A stretch of 64,000 nucleotides of DNA, taken from the NCBI GenBank assembly GCA_965217585.1, contig OZ244561.1, positions 2,176,001 to 2,240,000 on the forward strand, read 5' to 3'. This stretch comes from Candidatus Latescibacterota bacterium. Lineage in GTDB: Bacteria; Latescibacterota; UBA2968; UBA8231. Shown piece by piece: positions 48,840-59,119 of the stretch. The notes under the pieces are model-generated. The model was given only the letters and a program-made list of their open reading frames with translations. It was not told where the DNA came from and ran no database searches. A program made the position numbers and the translations under genes. How positions within the stretch are numbered: position 1 is the first letter of the stretch; every line of letters begins with the position of its first letter.

Positions 48840-51131
48840 TCATTTCCCTAGGATTCTCGTCAATTGTTCTTTTATCGAGGTTTCGGCTTGTTGCTGCATC
48901 TTTTGTTGTTGTTCGGCAAGACTATAAAGACCGTAGTGTTCGTCGGCCTTTTTGAGGTTTCCGGCGCGCTTGTAGAGGTTGCCTAGGTGCCTGTGGGCCT
49001 CAAAGTCTGTAGGACTTAATAGCAGGATTTTCTCGAAGTGCTCGATTGCTTCGCTGTAGCGCTTCTGCCTAGCTAGGAGTAAACCCAAGCTCCAACGGGT
49101 CTGGACGGAATTGGCATCCAAGCCAATGGCTTGGAGCAGATGGTCTTCTGCCTCCAGCAATCGGGGGGGCCGATCTGGCGGGTTCGCCCCTTTTGCAACT
49201 CCCTCGCGCTTGATCAAAAGATTGGCCAGAAGGGTGTGGTACTGGGGATTTTCCGGTTCTTGGTTCAGCAGGATGCGACACTCTTTTTCGGCTGCATCTA
49301 TCTCGCCGGTCTCTTGGTAGAGCTGGGCCAACTGGTAGCGCACTAGGCTCGAATCCGGCCGGAGGTCAAGGGTTCGGCGATAGGCTTGGACGGCGCGCTG
49401 GGGCTGGCCAGCCATTAGATAGGCGTAGCCCAAGCGGCCGTGGAGGGCGGCCCATTGGGGTTGCAGCGGAACTAGATCGGAGTAGACGGCGATGGCCTCC
49501 TGATACAACTGGGTGCCCAGATAGGTATTGCCCAGCAGAAAACGAGTAGGAACGGTCTGAGGATAAAAGCGCAAATATTGATGGTAGAGTTCTATGGCGT
49601 CGGCGTGTTGTGCCTTTGCGTTGTAGAGGTTGGCCAAACTCAACAGGGCATTCTGGTGATCGGGACGGTCCTCAATCACGGCGTGGTATTCCCGCATGGC
49701 GTTGGCGACCATGCCCTTCTTCTCATAGGCGTAGCCCATCCAGAAGCGCTGCTGAGTGTCCCCTGCCACATCCATGCGACCGGCACCCAAGTTGGTCAGC
49801 ACTATGACCCCGACTACGCCCACCAGTATCTTGGGGAGATGAGATGTATGCCAGAGCCTATACAGACCAAAAGCGGCAAAGAGCAATAGAATCGGCAGGG
49901 CAGGGAGACGATAGCGAGCAGTCACGAAGAAGAGAATCACCGAGAGCATGTAGGCAAAAATAAAAAACAACAGCAGACGCCCCTGGGGGGAACGGCCTTC
50001 TTTGCTGCACCAGAAGAACGCCAGCCCGAGCAGGGCGAAAGGTCCCACCAGCCCAAAGGGAAAAGCCAGCCCGAACTTCCACAGTAAGGCTTGGAGCAAG
50101 GTCGAATCGCGGCGGGCGAAATAGGGATCGAGGTTCCGCCGGATTTCGTCTCCGTGCCAAAAAAGATAGAGTTTGCGCCCCATAAGTTTCAGGTAATCCA
50201 GAGGGGCACCAGTGATATACTCCCATGAGCGTGCAAAGAAAAAGCGGGACTTTGACGAAGGGAGTTCAATACCTGCTTCTCTTTCGGGGCTTTCAATTAG
50301 GTCAATCCAGTCTTGCCCTGGGCGGATATTGACCGTGTGATCGTAGTCGGGGTTATTGCCGATATAGAAATTGATGCCGGCATTATGGGAAATTAGCACT
50401 AGGTCGCCGCCAACTAAATAGTTACGCAGCGCAACGGGAGCGATAACAAGGCCACATCCCAAAAGCAGGAGGACGCCCTGTTGCAAGATGCGAGGGGGGA
50501 CAATATGCGCCCTTTTACTAGCGGACCACAGCCAGAAAAACAGGAAGGGAAGGAACAAAAGAATATTGGCTACGGCCAAGGCACATATACCTAGCAAGAG
50601 TCCGGAGACCAGATAGGGCCAGCGAGCTGGGCTGGGCTGGCGGCTCAGATGTAACAACAACAGCAGATTGAGGAAAATGGCCGGAATAGTGGGCAGCAAC
50701 TCGCCGCCAAAGTAGATCAGCGGACCGTAAAAAGCAGCGGCCAATCCGGCCCCAAAAGCCACGGGAAAGGAGAAAACGCGGAGACCGAGAATGTAGATAA
50801 AGACGCATATACCCGATCCGAGTAGAGCTTGGAATAGGCGCGGCAAGTAGAGGTCTTGACCGAAGAACCAGAAAAAGAGACTCAGAGCATAGGGGTACAG
50901 CGGTGGCTGCCAGAAGGGCGTCGGCCGGCCGGCCCAGGACTGACTGCTTAGATAGAGTCCATCCTCCACATAGGTCTTGGCATCTACGATCGGGATATTA
51001 AAGAGTAAGCTCTCCCGAATTTGCTCCAAGTAAATAAGGCGGAGGATTAGCGCCAACAGGCCCAACAAAAGAGCAGGCCCCAGGCGATGCCAGCCGCCTG
51101 GGGCAAAAGGTGCAGTCATGCCTGGGTGCAA
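48840..51131 (-). CDS. GT-C (ArnT/PMT-like) membrane glycosyltransferase with TPRs
   Basis: 'QPPLYPYAL', 'NFYIGNNP', 'ARYRLPALP', multiple TPRs; paralog of 38628. Confidence 0.85.
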   Translation of the reverse strand: MHPGMTAPFAPGGWHRLGPALLLGLLALILRLIYLEQIRESLLFNIPIVDAKTYVEDGLYLSSQSWAGRPTPFWQPPLYPYALSLFFWFFGQDLYLPRLFQALLGSGICVFIYILGLRVFSFPVAFGAGLAAAFYGPLIYFGGELLPTIPAIFLNLLLLLHLSRQPSPARWPYLVSGLLLGICALAVANILLFLPFLFFWLWSASKRAHIVPPRILQQGVLLLLGCGLVIAPVALRNYLVGGDLVLISHNAGINFYIGNNPDYDHTVNIRPGQDWIDLIESPEREAGIELPSSKSRFFFARSWEYITGAPLDYLKLMGRKLYLFWHGDEIRRNLDPYFARRDSTLLQALLWKFGLAFPFGLVGPFALLGLAFFWCSKEGRSPQGRLLLFFIFAYMLSVILFFVTARYRLPALPILLLFAAFGLYRLWHTSHLPKILVGVVGVIVLTNLGAGRMDVAGDTQQRFWMGYAYEKKGMVANAMREYHAVIEDRPDHQNALLSLANLYNAKAQHADAIELYHQYLRFYPQTVPTRFLLGNTYLGTQLYQEAIAVYSDLVPLQPQWAALHGRLGYAYLMAGQPQRAVQAYRRTLDLRPDSSLVRYQLAQLYQETGEIDAAEKECRILLNQEPENPQYHTLLANLLIKREGVAKGANPPDRPPRLLEAEDHLLQAIGLDANSVQTRWSLGLLLARQKRYSEAIEHFEKILLLSPTDFEAHRHLGNLYKRAGNLKKADEHYGLYSLAEQQQKMQQQAETSIKEQLTRILGK

Positions 51132-53819
51132 TTACTGTATACCAGCATAGACAGTGAGGAAACTTTGGGTGATGATGCTCGCGCTCTTCCCTTTGGCTTT
51201 GCGGCGATCTATCTGCAAGCCCATCCGGGTAGTCAACTGGTAGCCTAGGTAGGCCGAATCATTGCTAAATTGCACCGCACTCACCACGCCATTGAAGTCG
51301 TTGATATCGTTTTCGAAATCGTCGAAGCGGGAAAACTCTAGACCGGCCTGGACACTAGTATGGGCTAGTAGGGGAAATCCCAAGATAAGGCCGCCCAACT
51401 CAGTGAGCTCTCGGCGTTTATCGGTGGAGGTTAGATCGATGCTCTGGTAGCGGAATTCGCTTTTCCAGCGCGGTTCGATCCACAGCCTACCCAAGTCGAG
51501 GCGGTAGCTGGCCTTGTTGATAAGACCAAAGAAGAAGTCTCGTTCGCGCAAACCCAGAGGAGAGCGCTCATTCTGACTAAGCCGCTGGTGGTAGAAATCG
51601 TACTTTAGGTAATTGCTGACCTCAAATCCACGAAGTTTGTAGTCATTGCCTAGCCATAGGGAATTGATCCAGGTGTCGCGCCCAATGAGAGGATCTTCAA
51701 TTTTGGTGGATTCGCCAGTGCGAATATTGGCGTTGGGCAGCCACTGCAGTAAATCGTCGGGAATATCGTCTTCCACCGACTTGAGCATATTGAAAAGACG
51801 CCAATGGCCCCATGTGGCCATATCGTGGTCCAAGGTGAAGAGAGCGTACCTGGACTGGTTCTTTTGGTTTGAGGAAATCAGAGCCTCGCGCAGGGCTCCA
51901 AGGGTGACGCGAATCTCTGGGCTCAGATGGAGGCCAAGATAGATGTTGTAGCCTCGGTGATCCTTCTTGTAGGGATAATCGGGCAGTTCGTCGTTTTCAA
52001 AGCGATCGATCCAGCCGTTGTTGTTCATATCGACCCCAAAGAGAAACTCGGGACGATCCACATTGTGGCGCAGAAAAGGCTCATCGTAGTCGGGAATGGA
52101 GTTGGTCAACGAGCGGTTGTCGTTTTGGTTGAAGTCAGATATAAAGTCGCCGTTCTCATCCCAACCCGGATAGACCTGCTGGTCGCCCGATCTCCAGTCC
52201 TTGCGGACCGTATCGGGGAATTGGTCCTGATCGTCGTTGTCCTCCACCAATTCTAGTACATGGGCGCGTTCGTCCTCATAATCGATAAAGCCGGAACTGA
52301 GGGTGGTGAAGGTCCTCGTGTTGTAGCGCGGGTCCATGCTGTAGGCTTCGGCAAAGACGAACCAAGGGTAAGCGGCGCGCGACAGGTTGATTATCCAGGC
52401 CGGAGCCGCTCGATCTCCTTGGATGCCCGACCAAGTGGAGTGGTCTTTCTCAGTGGCGTCGATGCTGACGTTGGGGTACTTATTATAGGAATAGCTCAGA
52501 TCGTATTCGCCGTAGAAATCGAAGCCCAAAACCTTATTCAACTCCAGGGTGCCGCCCCAGATCTGGGTAGCCGTGGGCAGGCCATACTCGAAGCTGACTA
52601 CCTGCAGGTTGGTATTGTCTTGGACATTGCCCTCGGCCTGGGCCTGCAGAATCAAAACCGAAACGTCCGATTGGTTCAATTGCCGATCCGAGGTCACCCA
52701 CACCTGGTAATCGTTGCCCAGAACCAGACGGAATTTCACCTTTTTGATATCTTCCTTGGAGGCACTGGCGCGGCTGATAAAGGCCGGGCTGTCAAAGTCG
52801 TAACGCAGGCGGATTTCCTCGGTGCCATCGGCTGAGAGGAAGCCTTCGCGGACAAAACCTCCTTCGATAACGGGCTTAAAGCGAATTTGTTTGCCCCGGT
52901 CCACTGTACCGTCTAGGTAGGTGATGATAATATCGGAACCGGCCGGGAAGAAGGCAGCACCTCCCACTCCGTCTTCAGGCGAGTCATCGCGCAGGACAAT
53001 TTCAATGGCAGAAATGGTGTTGTTCTGGTCTAGGGTCAGTTCGCCGGTGATGGGATTGCCAGCGAATCCATCGATGATGGTATTGGCCTGGTGACTATTG
53101 ACGCTGGTGAGACCAACGGTAGCAAAATCGCCGACTTGGGTGGTAAAGCGCCCGCCAATGAGGGATGTGGTATTGGTCGCCAGAGTCTCAATATCGTTGG
53201 TAGAAGTGCCGCCGGGCTGGCTGATGCGAGAGTAGATTATAGTCCCCTGGTACTTGTCGGCGGCGTAGTCGAATTGGATTCCGTCCCAGCGAGGTTTGGA
53301 AAAGGTCATGGGGGTGAGGGTGGTGCGGAGGGCGGCACCCATGGTCAGGGCATAGTAGTTTTGGCCCTTGGCATCGGCCGAGATAAGGACACCGCTAAAC
53401 CACTCCCTAAACCTGTTGGATTTGAGGATGGAAGAGCCAAATTGTTGCGGCTGGGTTTGGGAATTATTGAAGATAACCCAACCCCGGGTGATATAGTTGC
53501 CGTAGAGGTCGTAGAAAGAATCGCCTTCCTGGACGATATTGACATACCTCTGGAAATGTTCCCGGGCATAGTTGGAGTACTCCCACTGGCGCCACCGGTA
53601 CTCATTGAAGAGTTCCTGGGGAACATACCATTTCTTCTGGGCCGGATCCAAGGCACCGAAGAGCACCCCTGGGCCCTTGGGATGGAAGGATACTTCTCCC
53701 CCTCTCTGGACCGTGCCGAGACGGCCTCCGTACTCTTGAGCTAGGACGGAAAACGGGATCAAACTCAGACAGATTACGCCCCAAACGAGGCAAAAAGCTG
53801 ATCTCCCTGTAATCACCAA
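51132..53819 (-). CDS. Large secreted protein, probable outer-membrane beta-barrel with Ca-binding-like DxDxD loops
   Basis: Signal peptide; 'DNDDQDQFPD', 'DENGDFISD', 'DMNNNGWID'; amphipathic beta-strand C-terminus '..QSFLTVYAGIQ'. Confidence 0.6.
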   Translation of the reverse strand: MVITGRSAFCLVWGVICLSLIPFSVLAQEYGGRLGTVQRGGEVSFHPKGPGVLFGALDPAQKKWYVPQELFNEYRWRQWEYSNYAREHFQRYVNIVQEGDSFYDLYGNYITRGWVIFNNSQTQPQQFGSSILKSNRFREWFSGVLISADAKGQNYYALTMGAALRTTLTPMTFSKPRWDGIQFDYAADKYQGTIIYSRISQPGGTSTNDIETLATNTTSLIGGRFTTQVGDFATVGLTSVNSHQANTIIDGFAGNPITGELTLDQNNTISAIEIVLRDDSPEDGVGGAAFFPAGSDIIITYLDGTVDRGKQIRFKPVIEGGFVREGFLSADGTEEIRLRYDFDSPAFISRASASKEDIKKVKFRLVLGNDYQVWVTSDRQLNQSDVSVLILQAQAEGNVQDNTNLQVVSFEYGLPTATQIWGGTLELNKVLGFDFYGEYDLSYSYNKYPNVSIDATEKDHSTWSGIQGDRAAPAWIINLSRAAYPWFVFAEAYSMDPRYNTRTFTTLSSGFIDYEDERAHVLELVEDNDDQDQFPDTVRKDWRSGDQQVYPGWDENGDFISDFNQNDNRSLTNSIPDYDEPFLRHNVDRPEFLFGVDMNNNGWIDRFENDELPDYPYKKDHRGYNIYLGLHLSPEIRVTLGALREALISSNQKNQSRYALFTLDHDMATWGHWRLFNMLKSVEDDIPDDLLQWLPNANIRTGESTKIEDPLIGRDTWINSLWLGNDYKLRGFEVSNYLKYDFYHQRLSQNERSPLGLRERDFFFGLINKASYRLDLGRLWIEPRWKSEFRYQSIDLTSTDKRRELTELGGLILGFPLLAHTSVQAGLEFSRFDDFENDINDFNGVVSAVQFSNDSAYLGYQLTTRMGLQIDRRKAKGKSASIITQSFLTVYAGIQ

Positions 53820-53970
53820 ATGCCTCCTTTGTCTTGTCTTTAACTTCAGCGGGATCGTACTCTGATCCTATACTCGAATTATTAGCGCGTAGAGATATAC
53901 TAAGTTGGACAGATTGTCAAGCTCTTTCCAACACATTGGTAGCGGACTATGACGCCTTGAGCCTTTCCCA

Positions 53971-56900
53971 CTAGTAGACGACGGAAAGCAGACGGGTTTG
54001 GGTGGACTCGCCTTCTTGGTTGTCTACATCCAGTTCTAGCTGGCAGAGGTAGAGCCCGGGTGCCACTTTTTGGCCGTTGCCGTCTTCGCCAGACCAGCGA
54101 ATTGAAACGTGGCCGCTGTCGAGCATCTGCGTCGTCTCCCATACCGAGCGGCCATCCAAAGTGAAAATCTTCACCTTCACTTGGCGGCTGGCAGTTACTT
54201 TGAAGATGGAGAAGCGAATCACCACCTCGTCGTTGATGCCATCCCCATTAGGGGTGAAGGGATTGGGGTCTAGACTAAATTTATCGATGGGCTTACTCTC
54301 TAACGGCACATTGATAGAAAGGGAATTGCTCCCCACCAAAGGGGTCGCATCGCCGGCAGCGATGCTCTGCCATGGAGCATCAGCGCCACTGCTGGTATTG
54401 CGTACAGCTAGGCGCAGAGTAGTGCCATTGAGAAAGACCGGTGCCCTATAGCGCATCCGTACCAGCGGACCTCGGCCGACTATGTTGCCTTTTATCCTGC
54501 TGGAGAGGCGGTTGTAGGCGGCAACATCGAGGGAATCGCCCACCTCGTCGAAGGGGAACTGAGCCCCCGCCCCGTTCAGCAGCCTAAAGAAGCGCACGGA
54601 GCCTTGCTCCTCCTCTTCGAGGGCAAGGTAGGAGGCCTGATCGATGGAGTTGCCCTCTGCATCGAAATAGAGAATATCTCCCTTTTCCTCGTCTTCGAGC
54701 AGCCCGTAAGAATCCCCCGAAAGCAGCAAGCCGTCCCCTGTTACCGGGACTTGATCCCCTTCTGTGGTGATTTTGTTATAGATTTTGGGCAAATCGGAGA
54801 GGCTATGGAGTGGGGTGGGTAGTTGCACCCAGATGGAATCGGAGCCAGTGGTAGGACCCAAGAACCGGAGCAACCCACCGTTTTCGTCGACGAAACTTCC
54901 CTCTTCAATGGGAAGGAAAACTTGGTCTTCCCCATCGGTCTGGGGATCGGTGTCTAGGCCCACCTCAAGGAGTTCCATGCTTTGGGAGGCGGGCATGGTC
55001 AGCAGGATTTCATCGAACCCAGTACTGCGCGCTGCAGAAGGACTTTCGATAAAATTGGGTTGGATAAATACTTCAAAGGTATCGACGATGCCCGGAGTGG
55101 GAATATCAATGGGCCACATTTCGGCCAAAACGAGTTCGGCCACAGGGGTGGCCATCTCAATGCCGATGGATTGTATGGCGGCGGCGGCATTTTGGTCGGT
55201 CGTGATCATTTTGACTTGGATCTGCATGAACTTCCGCAGCCCAGGGGAGGTCACTGGATCTCCCGGGTTCTGGTAGGCCCGGCTCCAGGGACTCCAACCT
55301 CTCGTCGGGATAAAGGTGGTATCCGCCGGACCTTTGAAACTGCCGATGAGATTCTTCCAAACGTCGGCGGTAATTTTCGTACCACCTTTGTCGAAATAGC
55401 GGATTTCCTTGGCCAGCAGATCGCCAGTGCGGGTGCGCACCTCCAGTGTGGTCCCTGGCGGAGTCTCTGCTTCCCAAGTGATACCGCCAAAATTCCGCGT
55501 CCCCGGCAGTTCGATCAGATCCGAGACCAACTCTACTGCAGCCGGATAGCCATTTGAGAAGAGTTGGTATTCGGAAACATTCGGACCAGCGGCATAACCG
55601 CCCCGGCGGTTGGGGTCATCGGAGACGATGGTTATTTCCAAGAAGCGCACTTTGGGAGGGGGCTGGTACACGTCCATTATGTGCTCGAACAGATCTGCTA
55701 GGTTGTGTTCTCGAGCCCGGGCACTTATGCGTCGCCATTTGATCCGGCCGCTAGAATCCCGCGACCCGTCCGAGCCGCGCAGAATATAGCCATCGATGTT
55801 AAGCCGAGGCAGGGAGGAGGACATGCGAAAGGTGTCCAACCAGAAAGTAGCCCCCATATCCACGAACAGAACCCCCCGGTCCACCGTCGGAGACCAGACT
55901 AGGTGGATAAAATTGGTGCCTCCATCCCCGTCAAATGCCGGGGCCGGAGAAAAGGAATCGTTGGCCCCATGGAAAGCGGCCGAGCCGCCCCCTGCTACGA
56001 GCGCCGGGCTGAGATTGTCCCCAAATCCCCAGACTTGGATGTCGGCTAGCCGGGGCCGCTCGCGGATGTAGTGCTCTATTTTGCCTTGGCGTTCGGGCGA
56101 CAGACCGTCGTAGACAGATTTTTCAACAGGTTCTTCGAATCCCCGCTGGTTCTTAATAAAATGGACAACATCTCCCCGATCTGCCCGGTTCAGAGCAGAC
56201 CATTCCTCCTCTGAAATCAATTTGCGCCGGCCGAATTTGGAATCGGTTACTACAATGCGGATTATCTGGACGGTTTCCCCAGTCCAGTTGGGATCGGCCT
56301 TGAATTGGTCTAGCTGGAAAGAGAACACCCGCTGGTCCTCGTTGGAGCTTTTGGTGCCGCCTTCGCGGCGAAAGGGAATTTTTCTCACCTCTTGGTTGAT
56401 AATCTTTTGGAAAGGGGCGCTCAATATTCTGAACTGGCGGAAGGGATCGCCCAACGACTCATCGACAAAATTTAAGACCAACTCGTCGACGGGCAGGCTC
56501 CGGCCGAGGTCCACCTCGACCCACCAGTCCTCTATGGGGTCGTTGAAGTCGGGTTCCCAGAAGGTGCTGGGGTCGCCGTCCAGAATGTTGGCCGCCGCCC
56601 TGGGATTGGATCCGACGCGACTGATACCTATGCGGGATAGGTAGGTGTAGAGGGGATTTTTCTTGCGGTCGCGTATGATATTGCCGAAGACATCCAGCGT
56701 TTCGGTGCTGTCGATATTCAAGACGGCGGTCTGATTTTTCTTGCGCCTAAAATCCAACAAGCGGCGAGTATAGGTTCCCAAGTCGTCTAGGACATTGAAT
56801 CGGGAGCGGGAAAAGTGGGGCTGGACGCCGCCGGAGGGGAGTATGTCCACGGCATGTCCGGGCATACTCCAACGCTCCCAGTGGGCTGGGGAGTTGACAA

Positions 56901-57030
56901 TGATCTGGTTGCCGACGATCCGGTATCCCCGCTTCTGAGCTTCAGTAGGCTGGGGTGGGACGAGGTTCAGACCGAGCAAAGAGATGAGAATCAGGGCAGG
57001 GTAGTGTGAGCGGTAACTCGGGTGTCTCAT
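53971..57030 (-). CDS. Large secreted protein with two discoidin-like domains and FlgD-Ig C-terminal domain
   Basis: RBS GGAGG before ATG 57030; 'LDGDPSTFW...WWVEVDLG', 'VRTRTG', 'SPGLRKFMQ', 'PNPFTPNGDG'; ends VVY. Confidence 0.8.
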   Translation of the reverse strand: MRHPSYRSHYPALILISLLGLNLVPPQPTEAQKRGYRIVGNQIIVNSPAHWERWSMPGHAVDILPSGGVQPHFSRSRFNVLDDLGTYTRRLLDFRRKKNQTAVLNIDSTETLDVFGNIIRDRKKNPLYTYLSRIGISRVGSNPRAAANILDGDPSTFWEPDFNDPIEDWWVEVDLGRSLPVDELVLNFVDESLGDPFRQFRILSAPFQKIINQEVRKIPFRREGGTKSSNEDQRVFSFQLDQFKADPNWTGETVQIIRIVVTDSKFGRRKLISEEEWSALNRADRGDVVHFIKNQRGFEEPVEKSVYDGLSPERQGKIEHYIRERPRLADIQVWGFGDNLSPALVAGGGSAAFHGANDSFSPAPAFDGDGGTNFIHLVWSPTVDRGVLFVDMGATFWLDTFRMSSSLPRLNIDGYILRGSDGSRDSSGRIKWRRISARAREHNLADLFEHIMDVYQPPPKVRFLEITIVSDDPNRRGGYAAGPNVSEYQLFSNGYPAAVELVSDLIELPGTRNFGGITWEAETPPGTTLEVRTRTGDLLAKEIRYFDKGGTKITADVWKNLIGSFKGPADTTFIPTRGWSPWSRAYQNPGDPVTSPGLRKFMQIQVKMITTDQNAAAAIQSIGIEMATPVAELVLAEMWPIDIPTPGIVDTFEVFIQPNFIESPSAARSTGFDEILLTMPASQSMELLEVGLDTDPQTDGEDQVFLPIEEGSFVDENGGLLRFLGPTTGSDSIWVQLPTPLHSLSDLPKIYNKITTEGDQVPVTGDGLLLSGDSYGLLEDEEKGDILYFDAEGNSIDQASYLALEEEEQGSVRFFRLLNGAGAQFPFDEVGDSLDVAAYNRLSSRIKGNIVGRGPLVRMRYRAPVFLNGTTLRLAVRNTSSGADAPWQSIAAGDATPLVGSNSLSINVPLESKPIDKFSLDPNPFTPNGDGINDEVVIRFSIFKVTASRQVKVKIFTLDGRSVWETTQMLDSGHVSIRWSGEDGNGQKVAPGLYLCQLELDVDNQEGESTQTRLLSVVY

Positions 57031-57368
57031 ATGGGCCTCCTGTGCGCATATCGACCGCATCAACCGCGCAGGACCTGCAGCATTGTGTTTTAGCACTACG
57101 ATGTCAGAGCGAACGAGCCCGGCTATCCCACAGGTAAAGGCGCTGGAGATAGTTGCACCAAAGCGGGATCTGGGTACGGAAGTTACTCAGGTATTGCAAG
57201 TCCGTTTGGCATTGTAGTAGGTACCGACATGCTGTCAGAGCCGAGAATGTACGAGATATATTAATAAATATATGTTATTGTAAACAAATTTTTTTAGAAT
57301 CGGCGGGTGCTGGAAGGCGTGATCTCCGCCGCCAGCTTGAAGACATGAAGCTAGCCGGGTGCCTCGAT

Positions 57369-59018
57369 TTAGTTTTGGGCCAGCAATAGGGAGTCGGGTA
57401 CCGCTTCCTTGAGGCGATCGGGGTAGATTTTGATCTGGTCGGCGTATTTCTCCCTCAGTTGCACCAGAAAGGCATTTAGCGCTTGGGTCTCCCGCTCTAG
57501 ACGGACCAGTGCCCAGGCCTGTCGCTGAGCAGTCTCAAAAGGTTCGATGCTGCTTTCTTCCCGTTCTAGGACGCGGAATACAGAGTAGCCTCCCTCTACT
57601 TGCAAAGGACCTTCAAGTAGGCCCTGTTGGGCTTGGAAAACAGCGGGTACAAGCACGGGATAGCGGACTTTTCCCAGCATGTGGAAATGATATCGCCCAT
57701 TGTATTTTTGTGCGTCTGCCCTCAAACTCTTATCGACGAATTGATCAAAGGGTGCACCTGCTTCTATTTGGGCTTTGACCTGCAGGGCGTCTGCCTGAGT
57801 GGGGAGCAGCACTTCCTCAACCCATATGGCCTCGCTGTGGCGGAAGGTCTCCAAATGGGTGTCGTAATAGTGGCGCACGTCTTCTTCGGAGAGGTCAACT
57901 AGGTCGGCTATGACGCTCTTTCTCACGGTTTCAAGAAGTTTGTCACTCGCGGTGCGCTCGACAAACTTCTGAATCTCGGGCGTTTGGTAAAAACCGCCTT
58001 TCCGGGCTGCTTCCTGGACCAGATGGACCTCCAAAAAATACCGATTCAGGGTGCCCACAGCTTGGGCGCTGTCGGCAAGGCCAAAACTGATGTTCCTCTG
58101 ACGCAAGAATTCCTGGACCTGACCCAGGGTTACTTCGCCGCCTCTATAGGTATATAAAGCCGTTGAATTTCCCTCTATGCGCGTGGGTTGCTTTGCCTTA
58201 TAGGCGTTGACCAACTTGCGCAGACCGGACGGGTTTAGGCGCACGTTGAAGGAATCGCGCAGTTGCTCCAAGTGCTCGGCCTCTACCTGGGCAAGGCGCT
58301 TTTGGTAGAGTAGACTGGCAATCCTCGCTTGGTATTTCTCATAAGAGGCAGGGCGGTCTTCACTAAAGCGCAGAATATGCCAAGCAGAACCGGCGGGCAG
58401 GGGCTCTGAGAGTTGATCTTGAGGCAGGGTCTTGAAGACCTCCGGTGGGATGTGAAGCAACTCGAGCTGGTCCCGGCCGATAAAGCCCAACTCGCCACCC
58501 CGTTCGGCCGAGCGCTTGTCCAGAGAGCGAGCCTGGGCGACTTCCTCGAAGGAGCGGCCTGCCCTCAGTTCCTGAAGAACGGTGTCGATGGCAGCTCGGC
58601 TCGCTGCTTTGATGGCGTTGAGCAGGCGCTCTCGGCCGTAGCCTTCCTTTTCGAAATAGCGCTGTACTGCCTCATTTGATATTTTGACTTTAGAAGTTAT
58701 CTCCTGTGCTTTATATACTGACCTGACCCGAGAATTGACGGCGTCTTGGACTGAATTTTGAAAGGTGTTAGTGGTAGCGAATCCTCGGGAACGGGCCTCT
58801 ATCAGCAAAAGTCGGCGGTCTATCAGGGCTTGGAGATAGTAGCGGAGGGCCTCATCGCCTGTCTTTTGGGTCCGTAGTCCGTCGGGCAGTTCCTCCACGT
58901 AGAGGCGCAACAGGCGTGCATTGATCTGGTGCGGGCCAACTTCCGCCACGAGAGGTTCTTGAGGAGGGCTTTTGCAGCTAAGCGAAAGAACTAAGCAGGC
59001 CAGTAGGAGGTGTTTCAT
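57369..59018 (-). CDS. SurA/PrsA-like parvulin PPIase lipoprotein (two rotamase domains)
   Basis: Lipobox LSLSC; 'FEEVAQARS.D..SAERGGELG', second 'FD....S....G.Y' domain. Confidence 0.85.
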   Translation of the reverse strand: MKHLLLACLVLSLSCKSPPQEPLVAEVGPHQINARLLRLYVEELPDGLRTQKTGDEALRYYLQALIDRRLLLIEARSRGFATTNTFQNSVQDAVNSRVRSVYKAQEITSKVKISNEAVQRYFEKEGYGRERLLNAIKAASRAAIDTVLQELRAGRSFEEVAQARSLDKRSAERGGELGFIGRDQLELLHIPPEVFKTLPQDQLSEPLPAGSAWHILRFSEDRPASYEKYQARIASLLYQKRLAQVEAEHLEQLRDSFNVRLNPSGLRKLVNAYKAKQPTRIEGNSTALYTYRGGEVTLGQVQEFLRQRNISFGLADSAQAVGTLNRYFLEVHLVQEAARKGGFYQTPEIQKFVERTASDKLLETVRKSVIADLVDLSEEDVRHYYDTHLETFRHSEAIWVEEVLLPTQADALQVKAQIEAGAPFDQFVDKSLRADAQKYNGRYHFHMLGKVRYPVLVPAVFQAQQGLLEGPLQVEGGYSVFRVLEREESSIEPFETAQRQAWALVRLERETQALNAFLVQLREKYADQIKIYPDRLKEAVPDSLLLAQN

Positions 59019-59119
59019 CTAATTTTTTTCTGTCTACGGAAACCAAAAATTTCAATTGATCTGAATTATGGGCTAAATAGTGCAAGGTGAACATAGAAGA
59101 ATAGCTAAAATATATCAAA

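Noticed and set aside
57031-57368. Riboswitch or ncRNA upstream of the large FlgD-tail gene
   Set aside because: No recognisable aptamer consensus, only weak hairpins.
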